Shown: positions 41,640-53,430 of the stretch, piece after piece
Layout: each line of letters starts with the position of its first letter
Position numbering within the stretch: the first letter of the stretch is position 1
Assembly (NCBI GenBank): GCA_951406725.2
Contig: OX597839.1
Location: 24,242,001 to 24,306,000 of the forward strand
Source: Octopus vulgaris
Lineage: Eukaryota
Direction: 5' to 3'
DNA: 64,000 nt
Program-made: the position numbers and the translations under genes
Notes under the pieces: generated by a model
What the model was told of the DNA's origin: nothing
The model's database searches: none
The model's input: only the letters and a program-made list of their open reading frames with translations

Positions 41640-42006
41640 AAATAAAAAGCACCGTCCGTTCGTGGCCGTTGCCAGCGCCGCCCCGACTGGCCTCGTACCA
41701 GTGGAACGTAAAAAGCACCATCCGTTCGTGGCCGTTTGCCAGCTTCGCCTGGCCCCCGTACCGGTGGCACGTAAAATGCACCATCCGTCCGTGGCCGTTT
41801 GCCAGCTCCGTCTGGCACCTGTGCGGGTGGCACGTAAAAAGCACCCACTACACTCACGGAGTGGTTGGCATTAGGAAGGGCATCCAGCCGTAGAAACACT
41901 GCCAGATCAGACTGGGCCCTGGTGCAGCCTTCTGGCTTCCCAGACCCCAGTTGAACCGTCTAACCCATGCTAGCATGGAAAGCGGACGCTAAATGATGAT
42001 GATGAT
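41640..42006 (+). mobile_element. Retroposon family E 3' end with ~58-bp internal tandem repeats and (GAT)n tail (also 46910-47126)
   Basis: AAAAGCACC(A/G)TCCGTTCGTGGCCGTT..GTGGCACGT repeated about 3 times, then GTGGTTGGCATTAGGAAGGGCATCCAGCCGTAGAAAC, an RTE-associated type of 3' end. Confidence 0.8.
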
Positions 42007-42019
42007 AATATTTATTTAA

Positions 42020-42326
42020 CCTGTTAGCATTTAAACAGGCCATATCCAGCCAAAATATTCTCCTGTTTTTATGTTCAAATTGGCCAGATGTGGCCTCTCA
42101 CACCTACCCTACAATGTCATTCTAAAAAGTTAACAGTTACCTTATCAAAATCTCAAAGCTACAAGATTAAGCAGACTAATTAAAAACTCGAGAGAATCAT
42201 CATCATCGTTTAGCATCCGCCTTCCATGCTGGCATGGGTTGGACGGTTTCACAGGAGCTGGGCCAGGCAGGAGCCCTGCATCAGATTTCTGTGTCTGGTT
42301 TGGCAGGGTTTGTGAATGCTAAAGGG
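42020..42326. mobile_element. piggyBac-like MITE with a family E fragment inside
   Basis: TTAA|CCTGTTAGCATT ... AATGCTAAAGGG|TTAA. Confidence 0.7.
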
Positions 42327-44335
42327 TTAACCTCTTACCTGGCAAAGACGAGTTAACTTGTCTTCACCCAATTTGTCGGAGTCAGAGGTGCCAAAAGTAG
42401 AGGAGTCAGAGTCAACGTTTTTTGTTTCGACTCCACAGCCCTGATAGCAATAATGCCCACTTACAACTACTGAATGGGTACAGAAATCCTCAAGCATACA
42501 GAGCTATGGAGATACTTGCCCAAGGTGTCACACAGTGGGACTGAACCCAAGACCACATAGTCGAGAAGTAAGCTGCTTAAACCACACAGCTATGCTTGCA
42601 CCTATCTAAAATCATCATCATCATCATCGTTTAACATCTGTTTTCCATGCTGGCATGGGTTGGATGGTTTGACAAGGAGTTGGCCAGGGGTCATACCCGG
42701 TTCAGGCTACAGAACCTGAAAACAGAGGTTTGTACCATTTTATGAGGAGTACAAACATCACAACTCATTCTTTTACGGGTTTCAGTCATAGGAGAACAGC
42801 CATGCTGGAGCACCACTGGCAAAGCTTTTGGTCTATAGTATTGACTCCAGGACTATTTCAGCCTGGCATTTAACCATTCAATGAAATATTTTCTTTAGAC
42901 CCACACAACAGTGCGATAGGCATAGCACCCAAACCTCCCTCAAATTAAACTGCCTTTAAATAAAGTACAATAAAGTACATGCTTCATACACAAAAGCGAA
43001 GAAAATGCTTTTAACTACAACTTAATCAACTATTATACAAAACAGCCAAGAGTGGAACTCATACATGGCCAGACGAGACGCTAGAAATAGCAGACTCTGC
43101 CTATCAAACCCTACTCACAAGTTATCCCATGTTAACCTCCAGGCCTATGGCGGAGGACACATTGGTAAAGTGCCACAGAATAAGACCCATCCAGTTTGGG
43201 GAGCCATGTGGTTGATATGCAATGTTAACCACACAGCTACGTCTGGCCCCCATCTCTCTCACTTCTGACAGAGCAAGGAGCTGTCAGAATCAACCTGGCA
43301 TGGTACTCTTACAATTAGTACCATTCTGTGAGACTTGGCAACTCTGCTACACTCCCTCCCTCCATTTCTCTCCTGCCCTCTCCCTCCTTCTCTCAGCCCT
43401 CACAGCTGCAGGAAACTGTTCTGTCAACATCTGTTATGCCATTTAATTACTCTGAGAACTAGTTTTATACACTCACACACACACACACGTGTGTGCACAT
43501 ATATTACACACACACACACACACACACAAACATAATTTATACACATGCATATATATTACATACACACATAGTTCCTTAGGAACCCAGGAAAAATTTCTAA
43601 GTACAAAACCATTACAATATATATAGAGTTTGATGCACACGTGTAGCTAGGCATACGCGTACTATAAATACATCCACATCTACAAACACATGTTTATATA
43701 CATCTACATATACACACACAGACACATAAAACCAGATATGTGTGTGTGTGTGCACAAAGCAGACATTTGGTCATCCAGTGTATATATATGGTAAACAGAT
43801 CTCGTTTTCTACACCGGACTACAATATTTTGCGCGTATTTTGTTTAAAAAAAAACATGAAATAATTAAGACTACTTCATGTCTAAATACTTCTCCCCCCC
43901 CCGTATAAATATCTACAATGGCAACAACAACAACAACAGTAACAGCAGAACTGAGGGTTTTAAAGTGGCATATGTAATGTAATTAATTATGGAAACGAAC
44001 CTTTATAAATTAAATTAAAAGACGATAAATGAAACAAGAGTCGGAACTCGAATGTGGGAATGTCCGCTTTTGCTTTTGTGAATGAAATGTAGGGGCTGAT
44101 AGAATTTGGGTTTAGTAGAGGAAGGAACCGACCATTGGGAATAGGGACAGATTCAAGACTTTTTGGGGGATAACAAAGAAATAAAAAATGACTACGGTAA
44201 CAATTAAGGGTAGGGAACCAAATGGCACTCCATCGGTTATGATGATGAAGGGCTCCAGTTGATCTGATCAATGGAACAGCCTGCTCGTGAAATTAACGAG
44301 CAAGTGGCTGAGTACTCCACAGACATTTTTTTTTT

Positions 44336-44612
44336 CTTTTACTTGTTTCAGTCATTTGACTGCGGCCATACTGGAGCACCGCTTTTAGTCGAGCAAATCG
44401 ACCCCGGGACGATGTTTGTCCCCCTAGCATTGCTTGACAACCGATGCTGGTGTGTTTATGTCCCCGTTACTTAGCGGTTCGGCAAAAGAGACCGATAGAA
44501 TAAGTACTGGGCTTACAAAAGAATAAGTCCCGGGGTCGATTTGCTCGACTAAAGGCGGTGCTCCAGCATGGCCGCAGTCAAATGACTGAAACAAGTAAAA
44601 GAGTAAAAGAGT
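44336..44612. mobile_element. Two 5'-truncated SINE A tails joined head-to-head (fold-back)
   Basis: 44336-44410 is the reverse complement of 44527-44601 with 2 mismatches. Confidence 0.9.
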
Positions 44613-45568
44613 ATGGAGGAAGAATATACAATAAAACAAAACAAAACAAAGTGTCCAAACAGGGATTGTTCTAGAAAACCCCGGAAGAAAAAGGACGATG
44701 GTGTGGTGCTGGAAACAAACCAGTGCACATTTTTGTATTGCGCCATTTGCAGATTTCCAAAAGGATTCTTTCGGGGTCAATAAAGTAAATACCAGTTAAG
44801 TACTGGGGTCATTGGAATCATCTTGACCCCCACTACCACTCAAAATTGCTGGCCTTGTGCTGAAATCTGAAACCCTTATTTAAAAGACAAAAAAAAAAAA
44901 ACGAAAATGGAATGATTTGGACATGAAATTTATAGGAAACCAACTGTTGGAATGGTGTAGTGGGTGGGTGGGGGGGTGAAGGAGAGAAAGGGGTCAAGGA
45001 AGTGAAAGGTTTTATGTAAGAGTAATTGCTGAAAGGAGGGTGGTGGGTGTGGAGGGACGGAAAGAGATGGGGGGAGTGGGGGAGAGGGTGCATGTTGTTT
45101 TGTTGGCCAGGAGGCAGCAAAAATAAAGCGGGTGGGGGGTGAGAGGAAGTGGAACAAGAATGGGGGTGGGGAGGTGGGGGAAAGGGTCAGCAAACATATG
45201 TTGCCAAGGGAGCAGAGGGTTGTTATTTATATACAGACTGCGCCCCCCTTAATATCAGCAGTTATAATGCCTGACATTCCCCATTTCCGGGGAGAGAAGG
45301 TATCCATGGACAACATGTTATGGGAGGCGAGGGGGTGGGGTAAATCGTTTTACAAGCTTCACTGAATTTTCAATTTTCTCTCTTTAATTCTAGCTACCAC
45401 TCACCCCTCTCTACTCCCACCATCCATCTCTCTCTTTCTCCTATAGGGTTACTACTGACTTGTATGAGCTTCCATACTTCACTCTTTTCCTTCTGTACTT
45501 TGAGGCTCCCAGCTGACGGCGTCTTTGGCTGAAGTCTCCGGCATCGTGCCGACCGATACTGGAGACAT

Positions 45569-45602
45569 AACTGATTTGTAGCCAGCCCCTGTCCCTTTTA
45601 TA
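45569..45602 (-). promoter_or_regulatory. TATA + Inr core-promoter-like motif (left arm)
   Basis: Minus strand TATAAAAG starts exactly 30 nt before the A of TCAGTT (45572). Confidence 0.45.
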
Positions 45603-45803
45603 TACATGTATGTGTGTATGTGTTTGACTAAATATCTTTACATGTGTGATATGATTATGGGAGCCTCTAGGAGACATGCACCTGCCGGCTGCTACCCCTT
45701 AATATAGTCTGGGCCCCCTTGGGGTGCTACGGTCACCTAGAGGCTCCCATATCATATCACACATGTAAAGATATTTAGTCAAACACATACACACATACAC
45801 GTA

Positions 45804-45837
45804 TATAAAAGGGACAGAGGCCGGCTACAAACCAGTT
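45804..45837 (+). promoter_or_regulatory. TATA + Inr-like motif (right arm)
   Basis: TATAAAAG at 45804, with the A of CCAGTT at 45834. Confidence 0.35.
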
Positions 45838-46097
45838 ATGTTACAGTTCAACCCTCCTCACTCCAAGGGTGTTGGTCATGCTTAGAGGGTGAGGGAGAGA
45901 TAGAGGAAGAGGAAGATACATGAATGAAGAGGCAGACAAAGATTTTGAGTGTAGGTCAGAAGAGGAACTGAGAGAAGAGAGATCGGATAGAAATGGAGAG
46001 ACATGAGACAAGGCAAAGAAATACGACTGGAGACAGGTGTATATATAGAAGAGTACCAGTGTCACACACACACACACAACGAAGATAGTAAAAGAGT

Positions 46098-46420
46098 AAA
46101 GACCCCCTTCGGTCATGAATGACCAAGGGATTGCATCTAGAAAGTTCCCCTCCAAGGTACAAGTCCAGGTAAGGTTGTTTATGGAAGACCAGCAGTGAGC
46201 CATGCATACCAGCCTCCCCTAGCCATGTTCCTGATGTTACCCAAGGGAAAGGCAAAGGGGCCAATACAGCTTGGCACCTGTGACGTCACAACTCATTTCT
46301 ACAGCTGAGTGAACTGGAGCAATGTGAAATAAAGTGTCTTGCTCAAGAACAGCCCAGTCCAGGAATCAAACTCACTACCTCATGATTGTGACCCCAATGC
46401 TCTAACCATTGAACCATGCA
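46098..46420 (-). mobile_element. SINE family C (deleted copy at 46470-46632)
   Basis: Homologous to 1682-2010. Confidence 0.88.
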
Positions 46421-46715
46421 CTTTCACACACACACACACACATATGTATACATAAGGGTAAAGGTCACCCCCACTTCGGTCATGAATGACCATGGGATTG
46501 CACCTAGAAAGTTCTCCTCCAAAGCACAAGTCCGGGCAAGATTGTTTATGGAAGGCAACACAAAAGCCTGGTCCAAGAATCGAACTCACAAACTCACAAT
46601 TGTGAACCAGATGCTCTAACCATTGAGCCATACACATACTCAACTATGGATGAAGTCACATGAAAAAAAAACACAGCTAAACTACGCAGTCACAGACAGA
46701 TTCAAAAACACAAAT

Positions 46716-46755
<40 letters not shown>

Positions 46756-47699
46756 CCTAATCTTTTAGCCAAGCACTTTCACAATATATATAGATGGTCT
46801 ATACACATACACAGAGCAATAGAAATCCAGTTCATATATCTGTATGTAGACATATAACAAGAACCCACCCACACACACAGCAATATAAAACAATAGTCAT
46901 GTACAATAGTTTTGCCAGGCTTCTCTGGCACCTGTGTCGGTGGCACGTAAAAAGCACCCACTACACTCATGGAGTGGTTGGCGTTAGGAAGGGCATCCAG
47001 CCGTAGAAACACTGCCAGAACAGACTGGAGCCTGGTGCAGCCTCCTGGCTTCCCAGATCCCCGGTCGAACCGTCCAACCCATGCTTGCATGGAGAACGGA
47101 CGTTAAACGATGATGATGATGATGATGTAACGTGAGCAATGAGAACAACAAATACACACATGCACACACACACAGACACACATATACACACACACAGCAG
47201 ATGCTTTCATGAATGCATACAAGGCAAGCCACATCCATTCTCACAAATAACAGTGTAGGTCTCTCTCTCTCTCTCTCTCTCTCTCATGCACACACGCACG
47301 CACAGCAGGCAGCCATGGAAAAGTGAAGAGGAAGCTATCAATGTGAATAACTTCATTAGATAAAACAGCATTTAATAATAACAAGGCAGAATAAACAAGG
47401 CAGCCATTTATATTGAGAGACAGAGGATGATTAAAGGCGATAATGTCAGCAGCAGCATCATCACCACTGCTACATAACAATTAGCAGATTGTGGCGTCCA
47501 TGGGAGCTCTTCCGACTTGGACTGACCACACTAGGGACAATAGTAAAACAAAAACTCTAACAATCACCATAGAGAATTGTTTAACAAACAAGCAACCAAC
47601 CAACTAGCGGCAGCCATGCTACCTGGTCATTTGGTCTGCTAGATATGGCAAGCCGGAACTTCCTCAAATTACTCTAGCTTCAAACAGAAAGAAAAGAAA

Positions 47700-48032
47700 G
47701 AACCCCCTTCAGTCATGAACGACCATGGGATTGCATCTAGAAAGTTACCCTCCGGGGCAAAAGTCCAGGCAAGGTTGCTTATGGGAGACCAGCAGATGCC
47801 CTTGCATACCAGCCTCCACTCCTCTCCACACTATTGATGTCATCCAAGGGAAAGGCAAAGGGGCCGATACAGCTCGGCACCAGAGAAATCACAACTCACT
47901 TCTACAGCTGAGTGAACTGGAGCAATGTGAAAATAAAGTGTCTTGCTCAAGAACACAACACACAGCCTGGTGCAGGAATCGAACTCACCACCTCATGATT
48001 GTGAGCCTGACGCTCTAACCACTGAGCCATGT
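47700..48032 (-). mobile_element. SINE family C, full length
   Basis: Homologous to 1682-2010. Confidence 0.9.
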
Positions 48033-48807
48033 GTTTTCACTTCAAAGTACAATTAAGTACATGCTGGATTTTGGATTGGATTGGATTGGATTGGATTGTC
48101 CATGTTCAGTCCACTGCAAGACAAAGGCCTCAGCATCTTCTCCCCCCACCCACCCATCCCAACCATGGTCTGATGTGGAGACCATGAATTTGATCTTCCA
48201 GTTTTCATCAACTAAATCCATTCATAAGGTTCTGGTCGACCCAGGGCTATAGAAGAAGACACCTGTTCAAGATGCTGTGCAGTCGAACTGAATCAAAGAC
48301 CATCTGATTGGGAAGAAAGCTTCTTCTCCAAGCCATATTTTCACAGGAAGCAGCTCAAATTTGGCATTAGCACTATCGTGAAACAACGAACACGCAAACA
48401 CACGCACAAGGAAATGGTTGGCAGTGGATTTGTTGTTTCACCACAGACTGGCATTCTTGGACTGTCGAGAAAGCCATTCCACAGTAGAACTTCAAAATAA
48501 TATTGGTCGACCTTTCCTTTGTAAAAATAAATTTTATATTCTCCGCTTAAATTCTTTGAGTGATCCTTCAGTTAATGTTCCTACGGCTGACTGCACACAC
48601 AAACATTATAAAGAAAACCCACGCTGCGTGTGTGTGTGTGTGTTTTATAGACATGTAAAAGAAGTGGGTATCTGATTTTGGTGCAGTCATATAATACCTG
48701 TATGACCTTTGGATACATTTGAACAGCAGAACACAAGAATCCAGGAATAAATCAAAGCGGAGGCAGACATTTGACTGTGATGATGATGATTATTATTATT
48801 ATTATTG

Positions 48808-49774
48808 AAGGCAATGAGCTGGCAGAATGGTTAGCATACCGGGAAAAATGTTCAGCCCATTCTCATCCATCTTTATGTTCCGAGTTCAAATTTCGCCAAG
48901 ATTGACTTTGCCTTTCATACTTTCCGGGTCAATAAATTGAGGATAAATTAAGCACCAGTTGAACACCAGAGTTGGTAGAATTGATTTACAACCCCCACCA
49001 CCACCACCACCGCCCACCCACCCACTGCCACCTTCAAAATTGTTGTCATTATGCCAAAATCTTAAACAATTATTATTATTATTATTACTATTCTTATTAA
49101 GTTGGCGAGCTGGCAGAAACGTTAGCAGGTTGGACGAAATGATTAGCAGTATTTCGCCTGTCTTTATGTTCTGAGTTCAAATTCCACTGAGGTCGGCTTT
49201 GCCTTTCATCCTTTCGGGGGTCGACAAATTAAGTACCAGTTGCATACTGGGGTCGATCTAATCAACTGACTCCCTTCCCGAAAATTTTGGGGCATGTGCC
49301 TAAAAGATTATTAAGGCGGTTGAACTGGCAGAATTGTTAGCATGGGCAGCAAAATGCTAAGTGGCACTTTGTCTGCCTTTACACATTCTGAGTTCAAATC
49401 CAATGCGGCTAACTTTGCCTTTCATCTTGTCGGTGATCGATAAAACAAGTACCAGTTGAACACTGGGGTTTATTCTATTGTGTCCGGGGAGATTCCCTCC
49501 CCACAAAATTTCAGGTCTTGTGCCATTAGTAGAAAGAATTATTATTATTATTATTATTAAGAAGGTGGCGAGCTAGCAGAGTTGTTAGCACACTGGACGA
49601 AATGCTTAGTACTGTTTTGCCCATCGCTCCGTTCTGAGTTCAAATTCCACCAAAGTTGACTTTGCCTTTCATCCTTTCGGGTTGATAAAATAAGTACCAG
49701 TTGAACATAGGGGTCAATGTAATCAACTCATCCCTACCGCCCCCACAAGCTGCCCTTGTGGCAAAATTTGAAAC

Positions 49775-49775
<1 letters not shown>
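48808..49775 (+). mobile_element. Head-to-tail cluster of four SINE family B copies separated by (TTA)n
   Basis: Heads near 48808, 49100, 49314 and 49562. Confidence 0.88.
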
Positions 49776-49805
<30 letters not shown>

Positions 49806-50265
49806 GCTGTTCTTGTTGTTGTTACTGCTCCTCTCTTCCCTTCTATTTCTCACTCGATGCACCTTCAATGGGCCGCAGCAAACTTGCGATTATTTAATAA
49901 ATGGCACCGGAGAAATGGTAAACATAACATTTGAACAAGCTGACAGAAGAAAGATAGAATTTTTTTCAAAGACAGCTCTGAAGAGGCAGATCGCCCCCCC
50001 TCCCACCCCACGAAACTACACTGGCACATTAGCCAAGCTAAAGATTTGTCAGTTATATAACAGGAAAGGTGACTTATGTCTTTGAGAATTTCCTGGCAAA
50101 GTGAATTTATGGAAAATTCTAAGTATTTTTTTTTTCTTCTTTTACTTCAAAAATTTCCTTCATTGATTTGATTTCTTCTTTTTTCTTCTTTATTTTCTGA
50201 TCTGTTTTTGTTTTTCAATTTCACATATTCTTGCCATGTGATAGAGAAACCCCAGTGACACTTAC

Positions 50266-50315
50266 TCGGTGCCCTGAGAAACTGTCCATGTTGCCAGCGC
50301 TGTGAGCGCCATGCT
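50266..50315 (-). CDS. Candidate internal exon of an unidentified gene (50 nt, or 69 nt to 50334)
   Basis: Minus strand CTAAC branch-like site (50370-50366), pyrimidine tract, TCTTCCTCTTCACAG acceptor and GA|GTAAGT donor. No stop in any frame; one frame reads EHGAHSAGNMDSFSGHR. Protein not recognised. Confidence 0.45.
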
Positions 50316-50773
50316 CTGTGAAGAGGAAGACAATCTTTTGTGACAGCAAAGATGGAGAATGCGACGTTAGATTATCTCAAAAATCTTTGAAGCTTCTCTA
50401 CCAACTCCAAGAACAACAAACGGAAGAAGCAGACCAATAAATAAATAATAAAGCTTTCAGGAATTTACTACCCCCCCCCCCCCCGTTCTTCGATTCTTAA
50501 GCTAAATAGAAAACCAGGAAATACACAGATAGCCGCCACTTTCTAACAAAAGTGAACGCCAACAGAACATTCTGCATCATTTCTAGATATTTTCTTTGAT
50601 TTTTGGTGAAATCATTTCATATTTTATGTCTAGATATATATTTTCATACACACACACACACAAATCTGCTAATATATACACACATATACCAACAGACATG
50701 CAAATTCAACACACACACACACACACACACATACATGTTGGCAAACACATACCAACACACTAATATGCATATG

Positions 50774-50807
<34 letters not shown>

Positions 50808-52779
50808 ATCTATCTTGTGTATGTGTGAGTATGTAGGCAAGTGTATATGCATGTATACACACATGTACACACAGCACACGATTAATTAAACACAACCAAC
50901 ACACATTACACAAAGATCTCCATAAGAACCACATCCTATGCGACAGCCTCTATATACACACATATATACACACATATATATACTCATACATATACACACA
51001 TACGTATACACAGATACACACATCAATATACACACACACACACACATGTATATATATAGTTCCAATAGTAAAGTTTAAAACCTTTTCCCCCCCAAGAGAC
51101 GTTTATTTTTTTCTTCCAATCTTCATGCAGACATCATCTTTTACAAGAAAATGGATTTTTTTTTTTTTTATTCATTTATTTATTTCCATCTAAGCTGCTG
51201 CAGATAGAAGAATATATAAAAAAAAAAAAAAAAAAAAAAAAAAAGCAATAGATATAGCTAGCTCTCTCCACCCCCACCCCCAATACAATCCATATTGCCA
51301 CATTCCACGAATTTATAATCAGATTTTTTCTTCTGCAGTTTTCACAAAATAGAAATGGTAAAATATATAAAAAAACAAAAAACAAAAATCAAAAAAAAAA
51401 AAAAACGAAACACACACACACACACACTCGCACCAAAAAAAAAAAAAAAAGAAAAAGAAGGTAAAAAGAGAATAAAAAAGAAAAAAGAAATTTATTATAT
51501 TAGATGATTTCTGTGCAGCTCACAATGTTTTACTCTTTAGAAATGACGTTAATTTAGCAATGTGGCGAAGAAGAAGAAGAAGAAGAAGATGAAGATGAAG
51601 ATGAAGAAGAAGAAGAAGATGATGAAGATGAAGAAGGGAGACAGGTACGAAGAGATAAATAAAACCATTCTCTTCCGTACTACATCAGTAACAAAATAGA
51701 TTCTTGCAAGATTACAATTGAATAAAACACATCATTTTACAATAAGGAGGAGGAAATTGGAGAAGCAAAAGACATTTTTAGCAGTAAAAATACAACATGG
51801 CTTGATGGAATTACAAGCATAAATGTCTCTCTCTCTCTCTCTTCCCCCCTCTCTCTCTCTCTCCCTCTGCCACTCTCTCTCTCTCTCTCTCTGCTTTTCC
51901 TTTGATATAACCCGAGGAAACACATTCAGATATATTCAAAAGATGATGTATGGCAAAGCACAGAATCTGCTTGTGTTGTTGTTGTCATTGTTGTTGTTGT
52001 CATAATAATCACTGCCACAGTGGTCGTGTTGTTGTTGTTGTTATTATCATTATTATTATTATTATTATTCAGCGAAACACAATTTTGATACGTGGTTGGT
52101 TATGAAAGAGTTGGAAATATTTCAAATGTTATATAGCATGTAGGGGGGGAAGGGGTGGTGGGGGCAGGGAGAGAAAGAAATCAGATCACCTGAGGTAGAG
52201 GAAAACTATGTGTTTTATGCCCCCCCCCCAATACACACACACAGACACACATACACATGTACACACTCATGCACGCACACACATACACACACACACGCAC
52301 AAAGCTATCAAATTTAACTGGTTATAAATCTATAAAGTACAGAACACAGAGGACAAACAGACAGACCGATAAAATAAAAAAACAAACAAACAAAGAAGAA
52401 AGGATTCTCTCCTCCCACCACTGCCACTGCCACCGCCAACACTAATCCGATCGGTGAATGGTTACAATAGTCAACGACCTCCATCACTTCACTTAAACCT
52501 GCACCAGAAATATTTCACACAGCCAGGAAACGGATGAGGAACACACAAATATCGTCTACAGATGTCGGCGTGTGACATCAAGAACAACAAGAACAAGAAC
52601 CAGTGGCAGTTCAGGAACGGTGTGCAGCGATTGCACTTTGCGCTGTGCACTGCAAGAAGGTTTCTAGGTGCACTGAGAGGAGTATTAGAAATTTAAATTA
52701 AGGCTTTCAGAAATCCACGCAAATGGATAATCCCAGAGAGTCTCAAAAATTAATTCATTTGTACAGTATTTCCTCGCAT

Positions 52780-53430
52780 GAGGTAAGCAGCTTGTTTCCC
52801 GACCACGTGGTTCCGGGTTCAGACCCACTGCGTGGCACCTTGGGCAAGTGTCTTCTACTATAGCTTTGTGTTTCTTTACTACCCACAAGGGGTGAATGCA
52901 CTTCGTACATGAGGTACACAAATGAATATATTTCTTTACTACCCACAAGGGGCTAAACACAGAGGGGATAAACAAGGACAGACAAACAAATTAAGTCGAT
53001 TACATCGACCCCTGTGCGTAACTGGTACTTTATTTATCGACCCCGAAAGGATGAAAGGCAAAGTCGACCTTGGCGGAATTTGAACTCAGAACGTAACGGC
53101 AGGCGAAATACGGCTACGCATTTTGCCCGGCGTGCTAACGATTCTGCCAGCTTGCCGCCTTACTATAGCTTTGGCCAACCAAAGCCTTGTGAGTGGATTT
53201 GGTGGATGGAAACTGAAAGAAGCCCATCACATGTGTGTGTGTTCATGTCTGCGTTTGTCCCTCCACTATCACTTGACAACCGATGTTGGTGTGTTTACGT
53301 CCCTGTAACTTAATGGTTCGGCAAACAAGACTGATAGAATAAGTCCAGGGTCAATTTCTTCGACTAAAAAGCAGTGCTCCAGTATGGCCACAGTCAAAAC
53401 GACCAAAATGAGCAAAAGAATAAAAAGAAG
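52780..53430 (+). mobile_element. SINE family A interrupted by a SINE B insertion (52869-53160, minus strand)
   Basis: 13-bp TSD TACTATAGCTTTG at 52856-52868 and 53161-53173. Confidence 0.9.

Larger units (their letters stand above)
45565..45841. repeat. Long inverted repeat, arms 45565-45675 and 45732-45841, 56-bp spacer
   Basis: Hand alignment gives 5 substitutions and a 1-nt indel over ~110 bp. Confidence 0.95.

Noticed and set aside
41640-41845. Regularly spaced repeats resembling a CRISPR array
   Set aside because: Whole units are similar with no unique spacers; eukaryotic retroposon context; no cas genes.
45421-45540. Strong plus-strand acceptor CTTTCTCCTATAG at 45446
   Set aside because: All three frames stop within ~90 nt and no donor is evident. 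A non-coding or terminal exon cannot be excluded.
49968-49992. Loose resemblance to a miR-22/745-type sequence on the minus strand
   Set aside because: Seed mismatch and no precursor hairpin. No conserved miRNA was recognised in the window by eye.
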